64,000 bases of DNA, from positions 109,740,001-109,804,000 of the forward strand of contig OZ286461.1 of assembly GCA_965644265.1 (NCBI GenBank), written 5' to 3'. Positions within the stretch are counted from its first letter, which is position 1. Each line of letters opens with the position of its first letter. This DNA comes from Glycera tridactyla. Lineage: Eukaryota. Of the stretch, positions 36,918 through 50,500 are shown one piece after another. A model generated the notes under the pieces. It worked only from the letters and a program-made list of their open reading frames with translations, ran no database searches and was not told the DNA's origin. Both the position numbers and the translations under genes were made by a program.

Positions 36918-37234
36918 TTACATTACCATGTTCACATTGCATAGGACTTTTGTTGATCACTGATTTTGCATTCAGATAATCAGTGTTCTTTCGCAAAGGA
37001 TGCATTCCTGATGTAATTGGATGATCTTCTCGTTGTGAAACTACAGGGATGTGAAACTAACATGAAATTGGCATGCTGAAGTGGAATGTTATCATGCTCA
37101 CATTTCTAAGTCACCGGAGATGTCAACTAAATCTGTCAAGAGGTTGCATATGATATCATTCCAAAGCCTATTGGCGATGATAACATGAAAAATGTATATG
37201 TCACCTTTGGACATGAGAGGCTTTACTGCAATTA

Positions 37235-37326
37235 CAGAGAAACCTGAGACGAGAGACCCCTCAATGAGAGACCACCACCGATGGGAGACCACTTTCTAGG
37301 GTGGTCTCTGGTTGCAGGTTTCACTG
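37235..37326. mobile_element. Tc1/pogo-type MITE with TA flanks
   Basis: TA/CAGAGAAACCTG ... CAGGTTTCACTG/TA (11/12 TIR match). Confidence 0.7.
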
Positions 37327-38080
37327 TACCTGCAGATCTCTATTCCACAGCATTTACATGGAGACAGCAGTCAAATATACCTCCAGTGAGAGACCACATG
37401 TAGATGGCATTTGGAGCAGTCCCCCCCCCCCCCCCAAAAAAAAAGGGGGGGTTTTCCGTGCAACAGGGTTCACTGAATGAAGAACTTCATTTCATCAAAT
37501 TATTGATGATTCTAGTCATTTTGATTCAGGAATTCACCTACTAGATATTGCAAATAAAAGCAGATATCAGCAAAATGAGCCATTAACATGCAGCTGGAAT
37601 CCATCCAGGTTCAGTGATTGCAAGCTTGAGAGACCAGTGGTCATTGCACCAAATATGGAAGACAGTGTGAAATGTATTCTTACAGGCTTTGACAGACATC
37701 ACAGGATTATTAAGGTCCACAATATGATGTATCCATTCCCATGCATGTAGTTATTAATGTGAGCTAATTATCTTCCATTGAATTCTTGATTGTTAATTGG
37801 ATTGTTAGTTGTTGAGATTGGACAGACAATGTCTCAATTGCAATCATAGGTCATATCCACACTTTTGGTCATGTGGGTTGAAGCTGAGTGATTGTCTCTT
37901 CCTATTTTCAGATTTGTACCAAGTCAGCTGATCATAAAAATGAGTCAGTCAGTTGCAATCAATATCAACCTGAACCCACAGATTCTAAACTCGTTGGGAT
38001 CTGCTGATCATCCGATAATGGCAGAATCCATAATCCCTCACCTCCTATCAGTTTGAAATACTTGAAGGTACTTGAATTGA

Positions 38081-38257
38081 CAGTGAAACCTGCTTGAGTG
38101 TAAACCTGCGATAGGCGAAATCCTGTCTTAAGCACATACCCCACGGTCTGCCCGGATGTTTTTTTTCTCACTATAATTGTCCTGCGCTAAGCAAAATCCT
38201 GTCTTAAGTGAAGAAAAATTTAGTCCCGTGACTTTTCACTTAAGACAGGTTTTACTG
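38081..38257. mobile_element. Tc1/pogo-type MITE flanked by a 12-bp direct repeat
   Basis: TIRs CAGTGAAACCTG/CAGGTTTTACTG; tacttgaattga at 38069-38080 and 38258-38269. Confidence 0.75.
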
Positions 38258-38476
38258 TACTTGAATTGACAATAGCCATTGATGTTATTTTCAAACTTAG
38301 GTATAGATCTCATCTTGTTGATTGCCAGCAAAACCCTGGTACACCAAGGATTTGTTTGTTTGGATGGACAATTTCATCATTTGTAATTCTTTGCTATGCT
38401 ATGTGCAGGCCATCAGTGATTAACTGGTTTTTCTTATCATTCAGACTTTGCTAAAGAAGGCTGATCACAGAACCAA

Positions 38477-38524
38477 ATGCCGACTGCCACTGAAGATTCG
38501 GATGGCCTGCCTGAAAGGGACAAG
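38477..38524 (+). CDS. ATAD5: ATAD5 first coding exon (MPTATEDSDGLPERDK)
   Basis: Acceptor at 38444, in-frame upstream TGA, donor AAG/GTGAGT in phase 0 matching 41779. Confidence 0.65.
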
Positions 38525-41500
38525 GTGAGTCAAATAAAATGAATTTCTAATATTGAGATGATTTAGACATTCAGATGTTGAGCAAGTTTATCAATAAATC
38601 GGTGAGTGTTGTTGAAATAAACCAGCTGACCAACCATTTTTAGATGCAGTCAAACCTGCTCCAAAGGCTCCTCCCTTCAGATGACTGCTGTTGTATTGCT
38701 TATAGAAATCACCTTTCTACAGAGGCCATTTGTCTGATGTGAAAGATTAGATCATATTTTGGGAATATTTCTTTGCCTTTCTGGTCATTTTGTCATATTT
38801 ATATAGCAGTTGTGAATTTCCTGAAAATTGGCACCACAGTTTCTGGAATCGGGCGGGAAGATTCAATTCTGGTGTTTTTGGAAGTATATGGGGGTAGTTT
38901 TAGGAAATTTGGTAAGGTTTCAAATGTTCTGTTTCCGTGCATTGACACAGGGTTCACACGGGCCTTGAAAGGCCTTGTCGTTCGACACGGGCCTTGGGAA
39001 ATTTGCTGAAGGCCTTTTTAAAATATCTGGCGATTATGATTGCAAACTGGACTTGATTTTCGTCAAAACAGGCCTCATACTCGTAGTTATCACATTAATT
39101 TCAATCCTCAACGGTCGTTCACGCATACAAAGATGTAACTTGAGCGGCTAATCCCAGTTAATTGTGTTTATTTACCGCAAGGCGCCTGGAGAGCATGGAT
39201 GCCGCCATCTTGGCTGCCAGCGATCACATAATCAATATAAACAACAGGCACAAACTTTTTTATTTGGCACACGAACCATACGATAAAACACCCTCACAAT
39301 GGCGATTTCCACTGTAAATGTCAATTAAGTGACAGAAAAATACATATCGTGGAAAAATACAATGTGTGTCGAGTTTTTCTCGACAGCCATTTGTGAAGCA
39401 CATGCTCGGCAAGGCGGCTGCCATCTTGAATGCTTGTTCAATTCTGACCTGGATTTTTTTCAATTGAACGTGGGTTCTTGGGGTAAGATGCAAAAAAAGT
39501 GACATTTGTAGGCCTTGGATTTTTCCATTTTAAAAAATGGCCAATTCTGCGTTATTTTTCGGCTCTTTCTGCAAAACACAGAATTTCTGCATTTTTCCGC
39601 AGCGCCGCCGCCAAATTCACTCAAAATCTGCAAATTCCATTAAAGTTTCGTTAAAAATTGACGAAAATTGCCAAATTCTGCAAATTCCATGCACTGCGGG
39701 GTCACTCACAATCAAATTCTGTGTTATTTTTTGGAGGCCAATTCCGTTTTATCACGGGAAAAATCTGTGCCGTTTTTAAGGAATGAGATGAATTCAGTGT
39801 TATCCGTTTTCTCTCTGTTTCGCATAAATTTTTGCTTAGTCTGCATTTCCCGCGACCATCGAGCGGGAACCGACCAACATTCTGTGTTTTCTGTGTTTGA
39901 TGCCAAGATGATTAAACCTTTACTTCATATATACCAGTGTCATGACATGCATCAATGCACATGCACCAGCTTGCCATGACAGGGCTCGACCTTAAAGGTT
40001 GCCCTATTGCCCAGGGCAAGTGAAATCTGTGTTTGGGCAAGTAAATTACCATGGCTTTACTTGCCCAAAGGGCAAGCTCATCTCATTTTGACACTTTGCA
40101 TAGCGTCTGATGTGAAGCCCTGCATCCATAATAATCCATCAACAATCGCCAAAAAAGTCGTAATAAGCAAACAGAACATGCAGAAAATGATGGTAAGTAT
40201 GGATTTCCGATTTGAATCGCCATTTTATCACAGATGAACGAAAGAAAGATAACCACTCTCACTTGGCATGTCAATCCCGAATTTTCTATGATGACTTTCA
40301 TGTGAAATTTCTGCCATCTCGCCGAGAAATCTGGTCGAAACTGCAATCTGGTCGAAACTGCGTCTGCATAAATCATATACTGTTACGTTCAGAAGAACAT
40401 CCTTCACACGTTTTTGGAGACGGCATCTCGATATTTCGGATAGTTTCTTCACAAATTGAGGCGGAAGTTGCCGGCCGGCTTTGACAACTAGAATGCTAGA
40501 CTGCATTCTCAAACACGAGGCTTCCGCAAATGCGCACATCGCTTTCAATGCTAGTTTAACCAAGAAATATAGAACTCACAGTGAAAACGATCGTATGAAT
40601 GAAATACCGGATACCCAATTGTGTTATATCCATGCATGAATTACGTAAATCCGTTGAATATTCGCCAGAAACAGTGGAAACGTCAAAAGCGGCAGCTTCA
40701 TCTCCTGAGCGTGGCCTTCTCCTTGGCTTTTATTTGGCGGGAAATTTGAACCTCTTCCAAGACGTGATCTCAGCGCGAGACTTGAGGCGAGATGTCAACA
40801 TCCAAGATGGCGGCGCAAGGTGAAGAAACTTTTCGTTCGTAGACGTTCGATATTCCGCTTTTACCGTGTTTATTCGCTGCGAATTCGGTGTTAATTCCAA
40901 TTCCGTCTGCATCCTCCTACATGAATCCTTTCCGTCTTATTGATTTTTCGCCGTGATATAATGCCAAATTCTGCGAATTCCGATTTTTCACTCGATTCCG
41001 TGTTCTACGGTCCATTCCGCGAATTCCGCCGTGATGCAGATAACACGGAAAAGTCCAAGCTCTACATTTGTCTGTGGAAATGGTGATATAAGGGTTTTGA
41101 AATGTTTCTCAGCGAAGAATCCGGCGAATATCGATATTTTTCTCTTTTGATACCGATGGTTAATCCGAGGTGCGTGAGCATGTGCGCCCGCTATCTGTCA
41201 CTGTCTGAAATCGCAAATAGTGAAAGCTCTTAGATCTGATTAGTTTTCGGATCTTATTCATTCACAAAACTTCATTCAAATAGTAGAAAAATGTTAATAT
41301 TTTTGAAATCTGCAGAGAAGTGAATTAGTTCATCATCCTTGCATATTTCATCACATTCTGTGGCGTTTCCATGTCTTGTGGAATTCCTCCAAGGGGCCTT
41401 GCCAGTTTCTTGGGATGGCCTTGATTTTTTTGGCCCGACCCTGTGCGAACCCTGTGACATCACCAAGGCATGTAGAGTGACAAAATTGAAAGCAGGGAGC

Positions 41501-44500
41501 TTTGTTTGATCAGAGATGCCAATTTCAGATTTTCTGAATTTGGGAAATCCGTCCCAAATTTGAAATCACAATGTTTCTGGATTAAGGTTAGAAGTTTCAA
41601 ATCTGGACATTCTGGAATCATATGGGGTTAGTTTCTGGAAATTTGGTTATGTTTCAGGAAATTCTCTTTCAATGTGCACAGTGGCATCACTGTTTGATTT
41701 GAGGGAGACCATTTTGAGATGTTTGGCCAAGGAAGAAATATTTTTCTCATGCTATGATTGTTTTTACTCTCATTTCAGGTTTCGAAGCCTACCCCACTTG
41801 CCACCTGCAAAATGAATCCAATCACCAGCTTTTTCAAGTCCCCGTCCGTAAAGCCATCAACCCCTTCAAGTGGCATTGAAGGCTATTTTGTCAAAGGACC
41901 GAAGTCCGAGTCCAAGTCCAAGTCTGACCATATTCCACAGTCAAAGGATGGATTAGTTCTCAGTGGCACTGGGTCAGAAAACATTGAAAATGATATACAG
42001 TCCGGGTCTAAAAATGTGAAGAAGCAAAAGAAGGGTGGACCCAAAAAGTCAAAGAAAGCTGAGCATGAGACTGATTTGAACAAGTCCCTGGAAGATTTCA
42101 GCACTGGGAAACCAGATGTCAAACCTACAAAGGCTAAAGTGAAATCAAAAAAATGCAAACAGGATGCTGGAAAGAAAAGTTCAGATGAACCTAAAGCAGA
42201 TAAATCTGACCCTGAAATGGGCACTGCTGTGTCCGAGATGGATGTCGAAGAAGCGACTACAAATGATGATGCTGATTTGAAAGTTGTATCTTATGAGGAC
42301 TTTCTGAATTCTTCTGTAGAAGATGAAGAGCTGTCTAACAAAGCAGCTTATGGTATGGACACTTGTGATAATGAAAAGAAACCAAGTAGAAATAATGATG
42401 TTGATGAAACAGTGGTAGAGATGAGTTATGCTGATTATCTTAGTTCCGTTTCCTGTGATGGTGACAATTCAGTGCCTAATGGGAAAGAACAATCTGCAAA
42501 TGCTGACAAACCTACAAAATCAATTTCATTGCTACCCAACTGTGATCAGACTACTCTGTCTTCTTCAGTGTCAACGAAACCAACTGCCCCTGTCAAAGGT
42601 GATGATAGCAGTAAGAGAGACAGACTGACAAAATCCAACAAAAACTCAAAATCAGAAAATATATTCACTCTTGCTAAAAGCAAAAAGAATGCTCTCCCAA
42701 CTGCGGAAGTGGTAGATGATGGTGCTGTGAAAGAAACTTCAAACAAACCAAAAAGTAGCGCAGCTCCCAACATTTTCTTCCTTGCAAAAAACAAGAAAAA
42801 TGTAAAACCTGTTGCTGCTCTTCCAGCAGAAAAAGACAATGAAGAAGAGAATGATACTGTGAAAAATACTCTGGCCCCGGGAGATAAAAAAACAGAAATT
42901 GTGGGAAAAGAAGCCTCCAATATCTTTCAGAGAGATGAACAAGGACATAAGCCTGTCACCAGTGAGGTTGTCGCTATTCCAGACACCGATGAAGACCCTG
43001 ATGAAACAGTAAGTCAGGTAGATTCCCAACCCAAGCCCGCTGCAAGGAGTATCACCAGCTTCTTTTCTAGAACGGAGAAGAAACCTGAGAGTAAACAACC
43101 CAAGAAAACAAGTGAGACATTGACTATCTCTGCGGATATTCATTCCAACTTGCCTTCGCCTAGGATAGAAGTTGCATCACTTCATCCATCTGGCAAAGAC
43201 CGGGAGAGTGCACTTAAAAGGAAGTCAAATGTTGTGGTCGACGATCTGGATATGTCAATCACACATATTGAATCAACTGTGATTGAGTTGCCATCCCCGA
43301 AACCCCGCAGATCACGAGTGAAGTCTGCCAATGAAGAAGATATGGAGGTTGATAGTGGGAGTGAAAAGAAGAGTACAGTTGGAAATGAGATGTCAGATGG
43401 GATGGATGATGTTATCTTGCTTGATGAAAGTGACGAGATTCCAGAAAAGGGCAAGTCCAATCCATCCGTCCAGCAAGCTGCTTGCCAGGAGCCCAGAAAA
43501 TCATTCTCCATATTTGAAAAGAAAGTTGCTGGCCCAGAATGTTCGGGTATGCCACAAAGTCCAGCTGGAAAGAAGAAATCCATAAAAGAACAGAAAGTAG
43601 AGACAAACAAAAATTCACAAACTCCGTGTTCAGAAGTTTCAAGCAACAGCAAGATGTCAAAAGAAAAGAAGGCTAAGAGAGATGACACAGTTGATGAAAC
43701 AGCCAAGAATGAAAACAGAATGCAGCTGGCAAAGCAATTATCTCGTTTAGATGATATCAAAATACCTGAAGGGAAAAAACGTGCACAAGCTACTCTCAAT
43801 TTCTCCGGTGGTGGAAGTCTTCTGAATGTTAAACAAAGCATCTCTGCAAGTCCAAAAGGGAAGAAATCTGGTCGCAAGCAGGATACCAATGTTGCAGAGG
43901 TGAATTCAGATTCTGCCACGGGAAAATCCACAGGCAAATCCAAGAAAAAAGGGGCGAAAAATCAGCCGAAACAAACTGAAACTTCCACTTCTGGATCATC
44001 AAGTAGGAGACGAGGGAAGTCAACTGATTGCTCAGATTTTGAGTCACCACAAAAGCAGCCATCATCAAAGGCGGGAGGCAAGAAAGAATGTGAATCTACA
44101 GATGACATCGATACCAGCGAGAGTGTTACACCAAGGAGAACGAGGAGATGTCGACTTCGGTATGCAGCAACGCTAACACCTGAAAGACAGGGTCTTCGGA
44201 TGAAACTCACCAAGTAAGTCTGTTGTTTGTAACATTAGGATGGTCTGATTCACGTTTTGTAATAGACCTGGATTCCTGGAAAAAGTATGAAATTTTTAGG
44301 AACTCCCTCCTGTTGGTTCTGATAGAGTATGGAATTTGATCTTGAATACCTTTCATTTTACACAATGAAAGCAGCGAAATTTTATGACTTATCCCATGGT
44401 CAATGGCGGATCAGTGCACAAACTGATTACCGCAACCAAACGAAAGACAGATAAATATGTCGAGTTCAGATGATCATTTATCCCCACCAGGTACCATCGG

Positions 44501-47500
44501 CAGTGATTTATCTACAAATTGAACAGCATGAGTCCAGGGACTTGCATGATTCAATGACAATGAGTCCCAACCACATTTAATGAGTCCCAGTATTATGCAA
44601 ACAAAATCCTGACATTGACAAATATGTATGTATGCTACAGTTCAGATGTACTGAGGTAGTAGTTTATGACAAAATACAGTGACAGTTCGAAGGTCAGTCA
44701 CAGGTAAAATTTGCATCAAATTTTATTTGCCTCAATTAGGAAATATATTGAGAACTAGAGATGTGATGTGATGGGATATTTGGCAGCTGGTGTAGTGGTC
44801 AGATGGGGATGCGTCCCACCATCTATATAAATATCCAGTGGGATGCAGGTGGTGATGAGAGCAATGAGTCCAGGCAGGCTGAGATGAGTCTGAGACGCAG
44901 GACGCAGTTGAAGATGAATCACTGCATCGGGGGTTCTCAACTTTCAGGGTGCCATGTTGCTAACTGTGGGTAGGCAATGGCTATCAAATGTACCCTCGGG
45001 CTACCATATTTCAGAAGCTGGGAGCCAGTTGCCCCTACAATGTTGGATGGAATAGCGCTGAGACATTTCATGTGATAATGTAAAAATCCACCGTCTTTCA
45101 AACTCGTTTGATAGCTGGTGATTAATACAGCCAAATTTCTTTTTTGATCGCTCTTTCTGACTTGTACCTCCTTTGATTTAAGGTTGAAGGATCCTAATTC
45201 TAGCTCGAGTGATGTAGACACGGCTGCTTCTAACGCCAAGATTAAATCCAAGGTACAGTACTTTAAAGTCAGAAAAATATGTCATAATGTCAGTGAAAAG
45301 TGGTCTTACAACATAGGTCGTCTCTCAAAGGTGCGGTTGTTGTCCCCCGCCGGGACACCGGAAAGGGGACTATAAAATAGTGGGCGTCTGTCCGTCCGTC
45401 CGTCCGTCCGTCCGTCCGTCCGTCCGTCCGTCCGTCCCTTGTCCGTCCGGTGTCCGTCCGGTGTCCGTCCGCGCACGCCAACTTTGCGGAACCTGTATCT
45501 GTGAAACCGCTGCACCGATTCACACCAAATCAAGTTTCCTGAGAGCGTCTTGATGTGTAGGTGTGCACTGGCACGTTTATTCTGGATTTGGGCATGTGAT
45601 TGCCTGCCCACGGGGCAGGTGAAATGTGAAAAACTTTAGGATGTCATCAGGATTTTGCGGAACTTATATCTCCACTATGGCTGCACCGATTCACACCAAA
45701 TCAAGTTTCCTGGAAGCGTCGTGATGTGTAGGTGTGCACTGGCATGTTTATTCTGGAATTGGGCGCGTGATTGCCTGCCCACGGGCAGGTGAAATGTGAA
45801 ACACTTCAGGATGTAATCAGGATTTTGCGGAACTCATATCTCCACTATGGCTGCACCGATTCACACCATATCAAGTTTCCTGGAAGCGTCTTGATGTGTA
45901 GGTGTGCACTGGCATGTTTATTCTGGAATTGGGCATGTGATTGCCTGCCCACGGCAGGTGAAATGTGAGAAACTTCAGGATGTCATCAGGATTTTGCGGA
46001 ACTCATATCTCCACTATGGCTGCACCGATTCACACCAAATCAAGTTTCCTAAAAGTGCAGTGATGTGTAGGTGTGCACTGGCCCATTTATTCTGGCTTCT
46101 GCCATGTGATGGGCTGCCCCATGGGCAGGTGAAATGTCTGAATGCTAGGCACTCCCATCCACACTTTGCAGAACTCATATCTCCACAACCGCTCCACCGA
46201 TTCACACAAAATAAAGTTTTCCTGAAGCGTCCTGATGTGTAGGTATGCACTGGCAGATTTATTACAGATTTGTACATGCAATGGGCTGCACATGGGCAGT
46301 TGAAATATCTGAAGGACTTCAATATGGCATGCACTCTTATTTGGACTTAATGGAACTCATCTCTCTAAAACAGCTTCACCGATCCACATCGAATGAACTT
46401 TCCCTGAAGTGTCTTGATGTGTAGCTGTGCACTGACATCTTTATCATGGGTTTGGGCAAGTGATGGGTAGCATAGGCTGCCCATTGACATTTAAAATTGT
46501 CGATGGTATGGACATATAGGGACCCATGTAGTGTGGACTGCTGCACCAATCCACACTGAATCAACCTTTCTGGAAGCATCTTCTTGAAGAGCTTCAAGCA
46601 CTCCAGGATGGTATGCGCTGTGCAGAACCTATGTATTCAAAACAAATGCACTGATTCATACCAAATCATATCTTATTGATCTTGCTCATTGTTCATATGT
46701 GCACTAGCACATTTATTCTGGGCTTGGGCAAGTGCTGGGCTGCCCATGGGCATATTGAAACACTCCATAATGGCATGCACATTGTCGACCCCATATGAAG
46801 AAAACCAACACATTTTTTCTGCACAGTTCAGGAAGCAGAGGTGCTCACTGTCATAGTCCCACATCGGCGGGGGACCCCGCATCACTGATGCCTTGTTGAA
46901 TAGAAATGGGACTAATAAAAGCAATTTTCATTGCAGATTTGAATATACTGCATTAAATTATTGAGTTACAAAAATATTTAGGTTTCATCCATGAAAAGGG
47001 TTTTGTTCTGAAATAATGCAGATGGATGTTTGCTTATAGATATTCTACATTCATTTCAGTTTACATGTCGATGATCTAAGCTGCCAAACCCAACTGTGGA
47101 CAAATCTCAGATGGGAAACCACTTTATGAGTGCAAGTTTTCCATCATGACAAAGTCAGATATTCCTCTCATGTTGATATGTGTATTTGAAATGGTCCAGC
47201 GCGGCTTTCAGCTATAAGGGGTCATAGTGCTAGAAATGTTCTGCAATATCCATAAAATTTGCCTTCTTGGCCCATCAATGTTTCAGCCCATTTTTGACTG
47301 GGTTTTTTCCCCCCAGTTGATCATTGATGTCTAGTCCATGGCCACAGGTCCCACTAACCTGTAAGAAAATCGTAAGTTCTGTCTTGGCCAGATGTTATCT
47401 TGGAATTATGAAATTAATGCATTATCATCTTGTGATATTTTATATACCTGAAGTCGATATTTGTTCAAAATATTGTGGTATCCTAGAGGAAAAGTGACTC

Positions 47501-50500
47501 AAGCACAGGGCATGTGATTTAAGGCCAGAATGCTTTGTATACAAGGGATGGAAGTGAGATTTTTTCAAAATCAGATTCAGCATTTCTGCAGTCCATGCAC
47601 AATATCAAAGTACTGTAAAACCTCTTTTGAGACACTGCTCTTCATCGGTTCATTTTAATTTGACAGTCAAATATACCTCCAATCAGAGACTACCTCTCTT
47701 GCAAGACTGATAGTGGATGGCATTTGGGGCAGTCTCACAAAAGCGGTTTTACTGTAGTAGAAATATGCCTACTTGTTGGATGAGTTGTACTTGTATCCGA
47801 TACTTTTTGTTGGGTACTGGATGTTCTTTGAAAGAATACTGAAACGAAAATTTGCTCATGTTCACCGGGAATAGGTTGCCAACAACCATGCTCAGAAGCT
47901 CCTGCAGCGTGCTAAGGACACCAAGGTACAGAAGGGGAAAACTGCCAAGGCTGTACCAAAACCACTTCCAAAGGCAAAAGGCAAAAGATGCCCATCGAAA
48001 GAGCCACCTGCTAAGAAAGGGAAGACGAAGCCTACATCAACTTCCAGTGAAGACGAGAGTGCAGGTCTACGCCGATCATCACGGCATACTGCGCAGGTGG
48101 CTCGAATGGCAATCTCGGAGGTTTATGTGGTGGGTGTCTATCATTTCTTCTAGATAGTAAAGGCAGATTATGATATCAATGTTGGCTGCATGCATGGAAG
48201 TAGAATTATTTTTCATGGATGAAGTTCCTGTCTCACTCGACAATAGATGACCAAAGTTTCAAGCATGAGCATATGCTGTATGTTATCCAGCAGAGTGATT
48301 CCTGTCTTCAGATAAGCTCATATTCCTTGATACTGATCCAGTGGGCGAGTGATCAAAAAGCTCAATTGCACTCCTTCGGTATTTTGTGTTGGAGAAACCT
48401 ATTTGAGAATCATTGCTGCATCTGGGATATAGGATTGATACCTGCTTGTATGTTGGGATTGCGGTTTTTCAGACAGGAAACCAGTATTTTGAGATCTTCA
48501 GGTTTTGATTGTTCACCAATAATAATGCTATTATGTTTTCTCTGATTGGCTGATAAGGATGCTATGTGTCCCTTCACCTGCTGAAGTCTGCATCATCATT
48601 GCCAAGGGTCTACTGCGAATTGATTTACAGTAGTACAATGTCACATGGGGGGAGGGGGATGGCAGCATTTCACAGTTTTCTGAGTTTGGTTTCTTTTTTC
48701 AAGGCAACTAACGGCCAATGATACTTCCTAAATCAGCAAGAGGGCAGCACTTCCTCTTTAATCAGTGAATCCGTTGTGAAAGATTTGGTGGATAAGGTTC
48801 CCTTTTCTCAAACTTTATGGGGGCAAATGATGCAAAGTCCAGTACTCCTGTATGCAGCCCAAGTGTAAGATTAAGAAAAATATTTTTGGAAATGATGAAT
48901 GTTGCAAAAAATTGTGTGCAAGCCTGAACCTGCAACTATGAGTTTCACAATTTCAGTCATGGAAATTATCATCAACTTATTTCACTGTGTCGTGTTGCAC
49001 AGGCATTAAAAACGCACGTATATCATTTCACTGTATGGCGTTGCTGAGGTCTTAATATTCCCTCAATCTGATCTGTAGCCTTGATATTTCCCTAAAACTG
49101 GAGTGGCCCTAAATATGACCTAAAATTGGCTAGAATAAATTGAATTTGGTGTGATGTAACTACATATCATTGACAGATGAAAGCCAGATCATCAGCCAAG
49201 GTACTTCTATTCAGTTGAATTCCAATGGACAAAGTCCCATACAGTTAATTTACCTGGAGTTAATTGTTGTTTTACATCTCAATTTTCGTAGTTATAGTTT
49301 CTTGTTCCAGTGGATTTTTACCTCGCCTCAACGAAGTTGAAGAGAGGTATTGTCCTCGCATCGGCGTCGGCGTCTGCGTCGGCGTCGGCGTCGGCGTCCG
49401 CACTCTTACAATGTTTTACGTCAAAGTTTTACGTCAAAGTTTTTTTTTGTGCCCCGCCTCGGTTACCCGAGCGGGGCAGTATGTTTTCGCCTTGACCCTC
49501 TGTGCGGATGTGCTATGGATGAGTGTGCGTGCGTGGGTGCGTGGGTGCGTGATTTTTGGCACGCATGCGGAGCAAAATGCGTGTCTATGTAATGGCGCAG
49601 ATTCCGTCTGTCCGGCCGTCCGGCCGTCCGGCCGTCCGGCCGTGCGGCCGTCCGGCCGTTTGGCCGTGTGGCGTAAACTTCCTGGTTAAAGTTTTTGGTT
49701 AAAGTTTTTCTTTGAGCTACTACTCTGTAACTAATCAAGCAATATTTCTGAAATTTTGCAATCATAAAGATCATGAGCGGCAGAATACTAGGTATCAATA
49801 TTGTACCAATGACTTTCATGGAAGATGAGTTATTCAGGCTGGAATCCTGAATTTTAAAGCAACTTTCTACCAGCAGAATAGGAAAGAGTGGACTATATGG
49901 TGTCTATTACCGAGGCAGTTATGTAATGACACTGCCGGTCCTCTGAGTGGAGCCTTGTCACATTTCGTCCTCGGTTACATAACTGTCTTTGCACCAAGTG
50001 GAGTCTTTTCACATATCAGCAGAGCTGTCTGATCTCTTGATTAAACTGTGGTGGGCAGGGCAGGGGGTGGGGGCAGCAGCGAGTGGCCATGGGATGGAGT
50101 GGGGGGGGGGGGGGGCGGTGGCAGTTGTAGCAGGATTGATTGCACCTGGGTGGGGGGGGGGGGGGCTAGGACAGTGAGAGGGGCAATGCAGGGGCGGAAG
50201 GAGCCCATCAAATGCCTGTGACCTTGACCTTCATTTTCAAGGTCATGACCTTGACTTTGAAAACTTCAAGCTACATTCATCAAATTTTGCCAGATATGCA
50301 CCAATGAATGGGGGACAATCCCATCGAATGTGGTTGACCTCGACTTTCACCTTCAAGGTCATGACCTTGACATTCAAAATATTTTGTTACTCCAATAACA
50401 TGAGAACGCTTGGAGCTACATTCACCAGATTTACACCATATATGCACCACTGAAAGCAAAAGAAGCCTATCAAATGTCAGTGACCTTGACCTTCATCTTT

